This document shows positions 1-7,859 of a stretch of 15,752 bases of DNA, one piece after another. The stretch comes from an uncultured bacterium (GTDB lineage: Bacteria; Myxococcota_A; UBA9042; PHBI01). Numbering within the stretch: position 1 is the first letter of the stretch; each line of letters starts with the position of its first letter. Below the pieces are notes generated by a model. That model did not search any database, was not told the origin of the DNA, and saw only the letters and a list, made by a program, of their open reading frames with translations. Made by a program: the position numbers and the translations under genes. Location: assembly GCA_938040325.1 (NCBI GenBank), contig CALHXW010000350.1, forward strand, positions 1 through 15,752. Reading direction: 5' to 3'.

Positions 1-3000
1 CGGCGCTGGGCGTCGCAAAGCGAGATGAACTTCTGCAAGAGCTCGGGATGGGTGTGCTGGATGTCGTCGAGATAGAGCATGACGTTGTTGCCCATCTCGA
101 GGGCCAGGTTGATCTTGTCGACCTCTTGGCGCGCTGTGGCGTTGGGAGCCTCTGAGGGGTCGAGCGAGTGCACGCTGTGGCCAAGCGAGGGCCCGTTCAC
201 CTTCATGAAGACCAGCCCCAGGCGGCTCGCGACGTACTCCATGAGCGTGGTCTTGCCGTAGCCTGGTGGCGAGATCAGCAGCAAGAGGCCCATGAGATCG
301 GTCCGCTTGCCTGCCCCGAGCGCGCCCATCTGCTTGGCGAGGTTGTCGCCGATGAGGTGCAAGTAGACGTCGTTGATGAGCTTGTTGCGCACAAACGACG
401 TCAGCACCCGCGGCTTGTACTCGTCGATCCGCAGCGCGTCCTTGGCCGTGTGGACATGCTCGGTCAAGAGCTGTCGGTAGCGCGCGTACGCCGGCACTTC
501 CGTGTCGATATAGGCGCGCACGCGCGGCAGCAGCTCGTCGAGGCGCACCACGAGCTGGCGGTCCACAACGCGCGGGTGCTGCCCAAGCAGGCCTTCGACG
601 CGGGCACTCATCACCGCTTGGCTCACGTGGCGCTCAAGGCGCTCGGCCGTCAAGCACAGCACGGCTGCCTCAAGTCGGTAGTCCGCCCACTCTGAGGCGC
701 GCGCGTCATCGGACGTCGCAATCGCCGCATCGACCCAGGCAAGCGCCAGCAACACCTGCGCGTCGTGGTCGCCGCCCAGCCTCCTCAGGTCGTGCTCGAG
801 GCTGTCCGGATGCAGCTTGAGCACATGGTCGCGCAGCGTCGCGGCCGCGCCGCTCGTGATGAACTGCGGCCGGGCAGCCGTCAGCTCGTGAGCCAGGTAC
901 CGACCGGCCTCCGTCACGTCGCGCACGTCGGTCGGGATGGTCGCCGCTGCAAAGAATGACGTCATCGCCGAGCTGAGCTCCTCGGCGAGCGTGTCGAGGG
1001 CTGGAAGCTCGGAGACCACCTGGAGCTGGCCGAGGCTCAGTGCCCGCGCATGCCACCGGCCCGCCGTGTCCTCGCCGTCGTGGAACGCCCAAAAGAGACA
1101 CGCCAGCGCACGCGCGCTGGGCCCGTAACGCAAGAGCCCCGCGGTCTTGCGCAAGCTCAAGAGACTGCCGACGATCGCCGCGGCATCCGCATCGTGTAGG
1201 CCGCGCTCATAGCCTTCAGCGTAGCGCTCAGCCGCGTAGGCGCGCACCAGCTTCAGCAGGCCATCGCCTTCTTCCAGGACGGCCGCTTCGAGACGCGCGA
1301 CGCTGAGGCCGTCTTGAGACGCTTCGGCAGCGAAGAGCACCCGAGCCGCGAGATACTCGCCGCGGTAGAGCTCGGGCGACTCGGACACCACGTCCCGGCT
1401 CCAGAACCGGCGCGTGCTGAGAAAGTCGGGGTCGTCGATCGCTTGGTAGTAGTCGGTCCCCGTCGCGTGCAGGGCCATCTTGTCCCCACGCGGCACGACG
1501 GTCAGCTCCAGCGCCTGGGTGTTGACGTTGAAGCGGTGCTTTCCGAGCTTGATGACGTCAGTGCCATCTTCGAAGAGCTCAAGCTTGTCGCGTAGGCCCC
1601 GCAGGGCTTCTTGCTGGGCGGCCTTGAGCTTGGCCATCAGCTCGTCGGACTTGACGCTATCGCCAAGCTCCAGCAGCTGCTCTGCGAGCTGGCGAAGCTT
1701 GAGCACCATCGCGTCGCTGGCGAAGTAGCCGTTGAGCTCGTCTTCAGCCTTGAATGCGCGCGCACGACGACCGATGCCGTCGAGGACACGCTGGCCGGCG
1801 GTGGCTAGGTTTTGGGCTCGCCGCTGAAGCGCGTCCAAGAGCGTCTGCTTCTTGGTCGCGAACGCCTCGTAGACCTCCTCGCGCTTGTCGGCGAGGGTCG
1901 CGATGAACTCGTCGAACTCGCTGAAGCGGCTCTCAAGCTCCTCCAGCTGGACCATCATGCGCGAGAGCTGGGTGTCGCAAGCGTCGGGGCTGTCGGCCAT
2001 GGCGATGGCGCTGCCGACGGACTGCCCGAAGAGCCGAAACTGGGCAGCGAACGCGTCGCGGCCTTCGTTGCCGAGCAGGGTCTTGCGCTGGCTCTGATAG
2101 ACCGCTCGGACCCGGTTGATGTGGGAGAACGTCTCGCTGATGCCTTCGAGGATGCGGGTTCGTGCCGTGGCGTCCTCGATGTCGAGGGTCGAGACCACCT
2201 CGGTGAGGATGTTGAGCCCGGTCGTTAGGCCTTCGATCGACTCGCCGTGCGGCTCGATGTCGGCGACCTTCTCCGTCTCCTCAATGACCGCGAGCAGCTC
2301 CTCGGCACGGTCGCGAACCGGCGTCAGCGCATCGTCGCCGAGCAAGAACGTGACGGCGCCTTTGCTGATGGTGTCGAAGGCATCGCTGACTTCCTGCTCG
2401 AGCGCACCGATGCCTTCGAGGTCCACGTAGCGTAGCTCTTTCAACGTGATGAGGTGACCACGCTGGGTCCGCAGCTTCGACAGCGCCTCCATGAAGGGCT
2501 CGATCGCCTCCCACCGCGTGGGGTCGAGCCCCCGCAAGAGCTCTCGCTGAGTCTCGGTGGCAGCCTCAAGCGCTGACGCCGCCTGGGCGCGCATGGCCAG
2601 CACGCGCTCAAACTCGTCGATGATCTTTTCGGCATTGCCACGCAGAGACGCCAGCGTCGCCTTGAGGTCGCCAGCCTCCGCTTCGCCGAGCCAGTAGTAG
2701 CTGTCCTCCATTCGCGTCAGAGCCGCGACCAAGTCCTCGTAGCGCTGACGGCTGGGTTCCTGATTCTCCACGCGCCGGGCAATGGCGACCGCCTCGCTGA
2801 TGCCGCGCACCAGATCGGCATTGCCGATCTTGCCGAGCGTTCCACCCACGCCGGCCGCTTCGGCAGCGAACTCGACCGACATGAACGGCGTCTGCCAGAC
2901 CTGCATCGGGTGCACGCGGGTCGGCTCATCTACATGGCGAAAGACCAGCATTCGGCCATCGTCGAAGACCGAGTAGCCGTCGCAGTGAATCGGATTCTGA

Positions 3001-4169
3001 ACCGCCTGACGGATGAGGTTGTAGGGCAGCAGCGTGAAGTGCCCACCGTCTTGTTGGTAGAAGACGTAGAGCACGTCTTCGCCGTTCGGCGACCGGATCG
3101 CGCGCTTAAAGCTCAGGTCGGTCGTGTCGACATCAAAGACCTTGTACTCGCCGCTCTGCAGGTAGTAGCCGCCAGGAAAGATGACGCCGTGGTCTTCCGG
3201 TAGCGAGACGCACGCTTGGCCAATCGCATCGATACGGACCGCTTGGTGCGCACGCGTGTCGAACACGAGAAAGCGCCAGACGCTCTCGCGGAAGGGCAGG
3301 AGCTTGAGCAGCACGAGGGTTCCGACCTCAGCGTACTCGATCTTGAGGTCATCGAGGGACTGGCGGTCGTCGTCCACATCGGACTCAAAGACCACTCGCC
3401 CCGCTGGGGTGTTGTCCTCAACCTTGAGCCGCAGCTTGCCGCCCAGCGCGCTGACGAAGACCTTGTCGAGCACCGAGACGTAGGGCTCTTTGCCGCTGCG
3501 CTGGTCCTCACGCGTGGTCGAGGTCCAGACGAAGTCGTGACTGGGCGGAAACGTGTAGTCGCGCTCTCCGCGGTTGTCGACGTAGGTGGCCTGGCCGTCG
3601 GGATCGAGGCGCCAGCGCAAGACCTTGATGTCGCTGACCTGATTGCCAACCCGAAACACCGCCAACAGCTGGTCGCCCGCGTCGTTGAGTCGCAGATGGG
3701 CGAGTCGCGCCATCTTGTAGAACTCGACGAGCTCACGGAACTCGCGCTCAAACGCTTCGCCTCCGAAGAGCCGAGGGTTGACCTCGCCCGCAGGCACCGA
3801 TGAGAGGTCAAAGCCTTCATCGGTCTCTTCGAAGCGGTGCAGACTGAAGACTTCGTCGACTTCGGTGCGCTCGCGCAGCTGGACCTGGACGTTGTAGCCG
3901 AAGAGCAAGTGGTCGCCCAAGGCGACAATATCGCGCGGCACACAGTTGTTTTCGGTGCGCACCCGCTCGTTGCCGATCAGCGTCAGCTCGCTGGTGCCGA
4001 ATGCCTGTTGCCGCTCCAGGTTGAGCGCGTCGGCTTTCGCCCGCAGCTCTCCTGCGTCGGCCTCAAGCCTGCGGCGCAAGACCTCGTAGTTGCCGCTGCT
4101 CAGCGCATCGTCGGCGCCGGTTGTTTCTGCCCCGGCGCCGCCCTCGGAGTTGTCGGTCGTGTCAGCCAA
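1..4169 (-). CDS. Giant uncharacterised protein, at least 1389 aa within the window. The N-terminus is at 4169 and the C-terminus runs off the left edge. A AAA+/P-loop ATPase module sits near the C-terminal end; upstream are ~1250 aa of mixed beta-rich and helical/coiled-coil regions. Last gene of the yqiJ-flotillin operon.
   Basis: I reverse-complemented and translated the whole interval by hand in the frame whose codons occupy plus positions 3n..3n+2. There is no in-frame stop from 4169 to 1, and the third codon position is G/C almost throughout. Walker A ...LLLLISPPGYGKTTLMEYV... lies at ~246-290 (rc). Walker B ...GNNVMLYLDDIQHTHPELL... lies at ~50-100 (rc). The first in-frame start is TTG at 4169-4167, two codons after the flotillin TAG (4176-4178), with no ATG/GTG for ~150 codons although coding bias begins immediately. 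It is absent from the supplied ORF track because it lacks ATG and runs off the window. Confidence 0.75.
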   Translation of the reverse strand, partial: MADTTDNSEGGAGAETTGADDALSSGNYEVLRRRLEADAGELRAKADALNLERQQAFGTSELTLIGNERVRTENNCVPRDIVALGDHLLFGYNVQVQLRERTEVDEVFSLHRFEETDEGFDLSSVPAGEVNPRLFGGEAFEREFRELVEFYKMARLAHLRLNDAGDQLLAVFRVGNQVSDIKVLRWRLDPDGQATYVDNRGERDYTFPPSHDFVWTSTTREDQRSGKEPYVSVLDKVFVSALGGKLRLKVEDNTPAGRVVFESDVDDDRQSLDDLKIEYAEVGTLVLLKLLPFRESVWRFLVFDTRAHQAVRIDAIGQACVSLPEDHGVIFPGGYYLQSGEYKVFDVDTTDLSFKRAIRSPNGEDVLYVFYQQDGGHFTLLPYNLIRQAVQNPIHCDGYSVFDDGRMLVFRHVDEPTRVHPMQVWQTPFMSVEFAAEAAGVGGTLGKIGNADLVRGISEAVAIARRVENQEPSRQRYEDLVAALTRMEDSYYWLGEAEAGDLKATLASLRGNAEKIIDEFERVLAMRAQAASALEAATETQRELLRGLDPTRWEAIEPFMEALSKLRTQRGHLITLKELRYVDLEGIGALEQEVSDAFDTISKGAVTFLLGDDALTPVRDRAEELLAVIEETEKVADIEPHGESIEGLTTGLNILTEVVSTLDIEDATARTRILEGISETFSHINRVRAVYQSQRKTLLGNEGRDAFAAQFRLFGQSVGSAIAMADSPDACDTQLSRMMVQLEELESRFSEFDEFIATLADKREEVYEAFATKKQTLLDALQRRAQNLATAGQRVLDGIGRRARAFKAEDELNGYFASDAMVLKLRQLAEQLLELGDSVKSDELMAKLKAAQQEALRGLRDKLELFEDGTDVIKLGKHRFNVNTQALELTVVPRGDKMALHATGTDYYQAIDDPDFLSTRRFWSRDVVSESPELYRGEYLAARVLFAAEASQDGLSVARLEAAVLEEGDGLLKLVRAYAAERYAEGYERGLHDADAAAIVGSLLSLRKTAGLLRYGPSARALACLFWAFHDGEDTAGRWHARALSLGQLQVVSELPALDTLAEELSSAMTSFFAAATIPTDVRDVTEAGRYLAHELTAARPQFITSGAAATLRDHVLKLHPDSLEHDLRRLGGDHDAQVLLALAWVDAAIATSDDARASEWADYRLEAAVLCLTAERLERHVSQAVMSARVEGLLGQHPRVVDRQLVVRLDELLPRVRAYIDTEVPAYARYRQLLTEHVHTAKDALRIDEYKPRVLTSFVRNKLINDVYLHLIGDNLAKQMGALGAGKRTDLMGLLLLISPPGYGKTTLMEYVASRLGLVFMKVNGPSLGHSVHSLDPSEAPNATARQEVDKINLALEMGNNVMLYLDDIQHTHPELLQKFISLCDAQR

Positions 4170-4175
4170 GGCCTG

Positions 4176-6338
4176 CTACCCGAGCTTGAAGCTGTCGAGA
4201 CCAAGCTTCTTGGCATGGGCCGCAAGCTCCGCCAGCTTCGTCTTCGTGGCATCGTCGCCGCCGGTCGCAAGCTTTGCCAACACGGCAGCAATCGACAGGT
4301 TCTGAAGCTCCGCTGCGCCGAGCGCCGGCCGCGAGAGCACCTGCTTGAGGTCGGCGGGGAAGTTGGCTTCACCGCTGAGGTACTCAGACCCGAGCGTCTG
4401 AAGGGTCTCCGAGTTCTCAACCGTTGCGTCGATGGAGCGCCCCATCGACACGGCGCCGACCATCTTGTCGAAGAAGTCGCCGTCGCCGCCGACGATCTGA
4501 ATGTTGGCGCTCTCGAACGCCGCCTTCATCGCCTCGGCTTGAGCCTCCGCAATGTGCCGCTGGTTGCGGATGTGCTCGAGCTTCACGTCCTTTTCGACCT
4601 CAAGCTTGATGCGGAACTCTTCGTGCTCGCGACCGACGCCATCGAGCGCCTTCATTGCGTTCGCCTTCTCCGCGAGACCCGCGGCTTCGGCCGTAAGTTT
4701 CTCGCGGATGGCCTCGGCCTCAGCGTGGCCCTTCTTCTCGATCGCGCCGGCGTGGGCGAGCTCGACGTTGACCTTGGCGAGCCCGATTCCCTCGTCGCCC
4801 TTCGCGGCCGCCAGCTTCTGCTCGGCGATGACCGCTGCTTCCGCCAAGCCCACCTTCTCGGCGGCCTCGGCTTCTGCCTTGGTGACCGTGACTTGCGCCA
4901 GGCCCTTCTCGCGAATGACGTTGGCCTCGGCGTGACCGACCTTCTGGGTCGCGGCTGCGTCCGCTTCTTTCACTTTCACCGCTGCCAGCCCGGTTGCTGC
5001 CGCCGCCGCCTGCGTGCCTTCAGCGCGTCGGATCTCGGCCGCTGCAGCCTTGTCCGCCACCGACAGCTCGGCTTCCGCCAGCGTCAGCCGCTCTTTGGCC
5101 TTGAACTTCGCCGCCTCCTGCTGTGCCTCAGCGGCCTTCAGGTCACGGACCAGCCCCTCCTGCGCATCAGCCTCAGCGCCGATGATCTTGACGTCAGCGA
5201 GACGCTTGGCCTCAGCGTTGGCCACGAGGTCTTTGATCTTCTCTTCCTGCTCGGCGACCTCGCGGTCGACGGCAACGCGCTGGCTGACAACGTCGGCGAT
5301 GGCCTTCCGCTCAACCTCCAGCTGCTTCTCTTTGTCGATGCGCAAAAGCTCCACCTCGCGCTCGCGACCGATGGCCTCAAGCTGCGTGTCCTTGGCGACC
5401 CGCTCCGCCTCGATGCCAACGACGCGCTCGCGGTTCTTCTGGGCGACCTCGACCTGCCGTTGACGGGCCTCGTCCTGAACCGCCACTTCTTCTTCAGCCG
5501 CAATCTTTGCAAGCGCCGCACGCTTCGCCTCGGCGGCCTCGACCGCTTCGGTCTCGGCCTTCTCGCGCGCGACCATCACGGCGATCTCACGCTGCTGCTT
5601 GGCGCGGGCGTCCGCTTCTTGGCGGTCGAGCTCCATCAAGGCTTCCTCGGCCGCGACGTTCTCCTTCTTGATGGCCTTACGCTCGGTCTGCTTGAGCTCG
5701 TTGGTCATCACGTTCTGTTCGGTCGTCAGCGCTGTGATCTTTCGAATGCCCTGCGCATCGAGGATGTTCTTGGGGTCCATGTGCTCGAGGGACGTCTGCT
5801 CGAGGTAGTCGATGGCCGCTTCCTCAAGAATGTAGCCGTTGAGATTGCCCATCACCTCAATGATCTCGTCCTTCCACTTGTGACGCTCTTGATAAAGCTG
5901 CTCGAAGTCCATGCGCTTGCCGACGGTCTTGAGCGCCTCTGAGAAGCGGGCAAGAAAGAGCGTCTCGAGCGTGGCCTGGTCTGACGCGCGGCGGACGCCG
6001 ATGGTCTGGGCAACTCGCAGGACCGACTCGGACACCGGGTTGACCCGCACGTAAAACGACACCTTGATGTCGGCGCGGATGTTGTCGGCGCAGATCAAGC
6101 CGTCCTTGCCGTGCCGCTCAAGCTCGATGGTCTTGAGCGCAATGTCCATGACCTCAGCGCGGTGCACGATCGGCAGAACGACCGCCCCGGTGAAGTAGAC
6201 GTCAGGCTCGTTCTTCATGCGGTTGACGATGAGCGCCTGGCCCTGGTCGACCTTGCGGTAGAAGCGAGCAACCATGATGAGGACGCCGAGCAGCACAATG
6301 GCGACGGCAGCTAGGACGATGACCCAGACGGGAGGCAT
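4176..6338 (-). CDS. Flotillin-family (SPFH/band-7) membrane-microdomain protein, YqiK/FloT-like, 720 aa.
   Basis: The ORF runs ATG 6338 to TAG 4176. An AGGAGA Shine-Dalgarno lies 5 nt upstream (rc of 6344-6349). It has an N-terminal TM helix (MPPVWVIVLAAVAIVLLGVLIMVARF), an SPFH core (VDQGQALIVNRMKNEPDVYFTGAVVLPIVHRAEVMDIALKTIELE...IRADIKVSFYVRVN), then a ~350-aa E/A/K/R-rich coiled coil and a flotillin-type C-terminal region. Codon bias is strong. Confidence 0.9.
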   Translation of the reverse strand: MPPVWVIVLAAVAIVLLGVLIMVARFYRKVDQGQALIVNRMKNEPDVYFTGAVVLPIVHRAEVMDIALKTIELERHGKDGLICADNIRADIKVSFYVRVNPVSESVLRVAQTIGVRRASDQATLETLFLARFSEALKTVGKRMDFEQLYQERHKWKDEIIEVMGNLNGYILEEAAIDYLEQTSLEHMDPKNILDAQGIRKITALTTEQNVMTNELKQTERKAIKKENVAAEEALMELDRQEADARAKQQREIAVMVAREKAETEAVEAAEAKRAALAKIAAEEEVAVQDEARQRQVEVAQKNRERVVGIEAERVAKDTQLEAIGREREVELLRIDKEKQLEVERKAIADVVSQRVAVDREVAEQEEKIKDLVANAEAKRLADVKIIGAEADAQEGLVRDLKAAEAQQEAAKFKAKERLTLAEAELSVADKAAAAEIRRAEGTQAAAAATGLAAVKVKEADAAATQKVGHAEANVIREKGLAQVTVTKAEAEAAEKVGLAEAAVIAEQKLAAAKGDEGIGLAKVNVELAHAGAIEKKGHAEAEAIREKLTAEAAGLAEKANAMKALDGVGREHEEFRIKLEVEKDVKLEHIRNQRHIAEAQAEAMKAAFESANIQIVGGDGDFFDKMVGAVSMGRSIDATVENSETLQTLGSEYLSGEANFPADLKQVLSRPALGAAELQNLSIAAVLAKLATGGDDATKTKLAELAAHAKKLGLDSFKLG

Positions 6339-6366
6339 AGAGTTCTCCTATTGATTGGCGCAAGAG

Positions 6367-6380
6367 CGCGTTCGAACGCG
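6367..6380. promoter_or_regulatory. Perfect 14-bp palindrome CGCGTTCGAACGCG ~30 bp upstream of the flotillin RBS, in the 281-bp yqiJ-flotillin spacer. Candidate operator or protein-binding site.
   Basis: Read directly from the sequence, and it equals its own reverse complement. The same spacer holds a 10-bp palindrome GAGAATTCTC (6508-6517) and an inverted repeat CGCATC-gtt-GATGCG (6535-6549). Confidence 0.3.
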
Positions 6381-6619
6381 GTGCGCGACTTCTGACCGGC
6401 AAGCGTTGGCTAGTGGTTGACGTGTGGTGGCCTCGAACAGGGCAACCGTGTTGGCTGTTCGATGAGATGGGCTTAGCCGGCTTGGGTCGGAGAGGCAAGC
6501 GGTGCCTGAGAATTCTCGCCTCGGCCACGTCGCCCGCATCGTTGATGCGAGTGGGCTTCGCACCGCGCGAAAACGACCCGTGGGCACGATGCGATCTTGG
6601 GGCTGGCGACGCTGAGCAC

Positions 6620-7378
6620 TCAGGCGTCGTGACCGATCATCAGCTCGTCTGCCGCCTGGACCATGAAGGTCTGCGCGTCGGCGTCGTAGTCGATGATGAC
6701 GGCTTTGTCGCCGCGACCGAGGTGCGCGGCGTCGTCGGCTCGGATGTCGACCAGCAGCTCGTTGGAGCCAACGATGCAGCGACCTTGACCAAAGCGCGCG
6801 TCGACCCGCCCGGTCGTCAGCTCCACGACCTGACCGATCAGGTCGCGCTGCTGGCGTCCGGGGTGCTCGGCAAAGACCGGCGCCAGCGGTCGGATCGCCA
6901 GCGATGTGCCAAGGAGACCGCCTATACCTGCGATCCCGAGGGTGGTGATCTGGGAGATTCCGTCGGGAAGCACAGGGGCCAGCGCGTCGAGCGTGAAGTA
7001 GCTGATGACCCAGCCGATCAGCGAGAACGCGCTGAAGGCAATGGTGACTGGGACACTGCGCAGCTTCAGCGCGCTGAGCAACCCCGTCCCGGTGTCGAGC
7101 GCACCTTCCATACCCTCCGCGCCTGCCTCAAGAGCGCCGTCGGCACCGGCTTCGAGCGCACCCTCGAGCGCACCGTCCGCAGCTCCATCGAGGGCCCCGT
7201 CGAGCGCGCCGTCGAGCGCGCCATCGGCGGCACCCTCGAGTGCGCCATCGGCGCCTCCCAGCGCATCGATGTCGACCGCGCCGACCAAAAAGACCAGCCA
7301 GTAGAGCAGCGAGATCGTCAGAAAGACCGTAAAGATCCCGGTGGGCATTGCGAATATCGCATCGAGAAAGATGTCCAT
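6620..7378 (-). CDS. YqiJ/NfeD-like inner-membrane protein (DUF1449-type). N-terminal TM, acidic (DGAL)n repeat, two further TM helices, C-terminal OB-fold beta-barrel. First gene of the flotillin operon.
   Basis: The stop is TGA at 6620-6622 (rc). The ATG at 7378 gives MDIFLDAIFAMPTGIFTVFLTISLLYWLVFLVGAV. The track's longer form starts at a TTG at 7432, and another in-frame ATG lies at 7348. The C-terminal segment LIGQVVELTTGRVDARFGQGRCIVGSNELLVDIRADDAAHLGRGDKAVIIDYDADAQTFMV has the NfeD-type short beta-strand OB-fold pattern. The arrangement matches the classic E. coli yqiJ-yqiK and B. subtilis nfeD-floT pairing (established knowledge). Confidence 0.75.
   Translation of the reverse strand: MDIFLDAIFAMPTGIFTVFLTISLLYWLVFLVGAVDIDALGGADGALEGAADGALDGALDGALDGAADGALEGALEAGADGALEAGAEGMEGALDTGTGLLSALKLRSVPVTIAFSAFSLIGWVISYFTLDALAPVLPDGISQITTLGIAGIGGLLGTSLAIRPLAPVFAEHPGRQQRDLIGQVVELTTGRVDARFGQGRCIVGSNELLVDIRADDAAHLGRGDKAVIIDYDADAQTFMVQAADELMIGHDA
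7095..7262 (-). repeat. In-frame tandem ~15-nt repeat (GAGCGCGCCGTCGAG-like) inside the yqiJ-like gene, encoding an acidic (D/E-G-A-L)n low-complexity tract.
   Basis: The direct nucleotide repeats cgagcgcaccctcgag / cgagcgcgccgtcgag / cgagcgcgccatcggc are visible in the sequence. The translated tract is GGADGALEGAADGALDGALDGALDGAADGALEGALEAGADGALEAGAEGMEGALD. Confidence 0.8.
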
Positions 7379-7509
7379 TGGCCCGTCATAACACGAGCGC
7401 TGGACACGCGCAGTCGGCGCGCTGCCTCCCAAACGACCTTGACGGCTGCGAGTGAGATGGGTCGACTACCGCCGACAGCATCCCCACAACGCGACCAGCG
7501 AGGCGGCTC

Positions 7510-7851
7510 ATGTTCGAGCAAGAGAAAGCCCTAGCGAAGCGGATCCTCGCTGGCCTCGAAGACGGACGACTCGATGCCGCAGGGACGTTTCGCTACGTCG
7601 ACGAGGCCGATCCCGCCCTCATCCATCTTCTCTTTGGGTGGCTGCGCGCGTGGTACCCGCCGGGGCATGGGGCATCGGATGCTGTGTTGGGTCGACTCGG
7701 GGACCTCTGCACCCGCTACCCCAAGGCCGCGCGCCTCGCGAAAGAAGGCGCGACAGACCCGATCGTCGAGTGGTTCCTGGACGAGCACAGCTACCGCGAC
7801 CTCCGATCGGGCGAGTTCATCGATCTGGTGGTCGAAAAGCTCGAAGGCTGA
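7510..7851 (+). CDS. Hypothetical 113-aa cytoplasmic protein (W/L-rich, no TM or signal), transcribed divergently from the yqiJ-flotillin operon.
   Basis: The ORF runs ATG 7510 to TGA 7849-7851. A GAGG Shine-Dalgarno lies 6 nt upstream. GC3 bias is good (ctc, gac, gcc, cgc, ctg...). I recognise no family. Confidence 0.55.
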   Translation: MFEQEKALAKRILAGLEDGRLDAAGTFRYVDEADPALIHLLFGWLRAWYPPGHGASDAVLGRLGDLCTRYPKAARLAKEGATDPIVEWFLDEHSYRDLRSGEFIDLVVEKLEG

Positions 7852-7859
7852 CGGCACGG

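Noticed and set aside
168-3803. Several plus-strand ORFs (168-695, 1314-1595, 1812-2228, 2910-3203, 3216-3803) and minus-strand ORFs (706-1101, 3113-3943, 4100-4420) from the track
   Set aside because: All lie inside the manually verified continuous minus-strand giant ORF. The plus ones are antisense fragments. The minus ones are out of frame and Arg/Ser/Pro-rich, with rare codons.
3837-5942. 701-aa plus-strand ORF (Leu/Arg/Gly-rich, low complexity) spanning the flotillin gene and the start of the giant gene
   Set aside because: It is antisense to two minus-strand genes that have strong GC3 bias, an RBS and recognisable domains. Its translation is low-complexity with no motifs. This is a typical high-GC antisense open frame.
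6413-7534. 373-aa plus-strand ORF and the 79-aa and 108-aa minus ORFs in the yqiJ/flotillin spacer
   Set aside because: The 373-aa ORF is antisense to the yqiJ-like gene. The spacer ORFs start with GTG, lack an RBS and are full of A-ending rare codons (cga, tca, cta, aca), whereas real genes here use G/C-ending codons.
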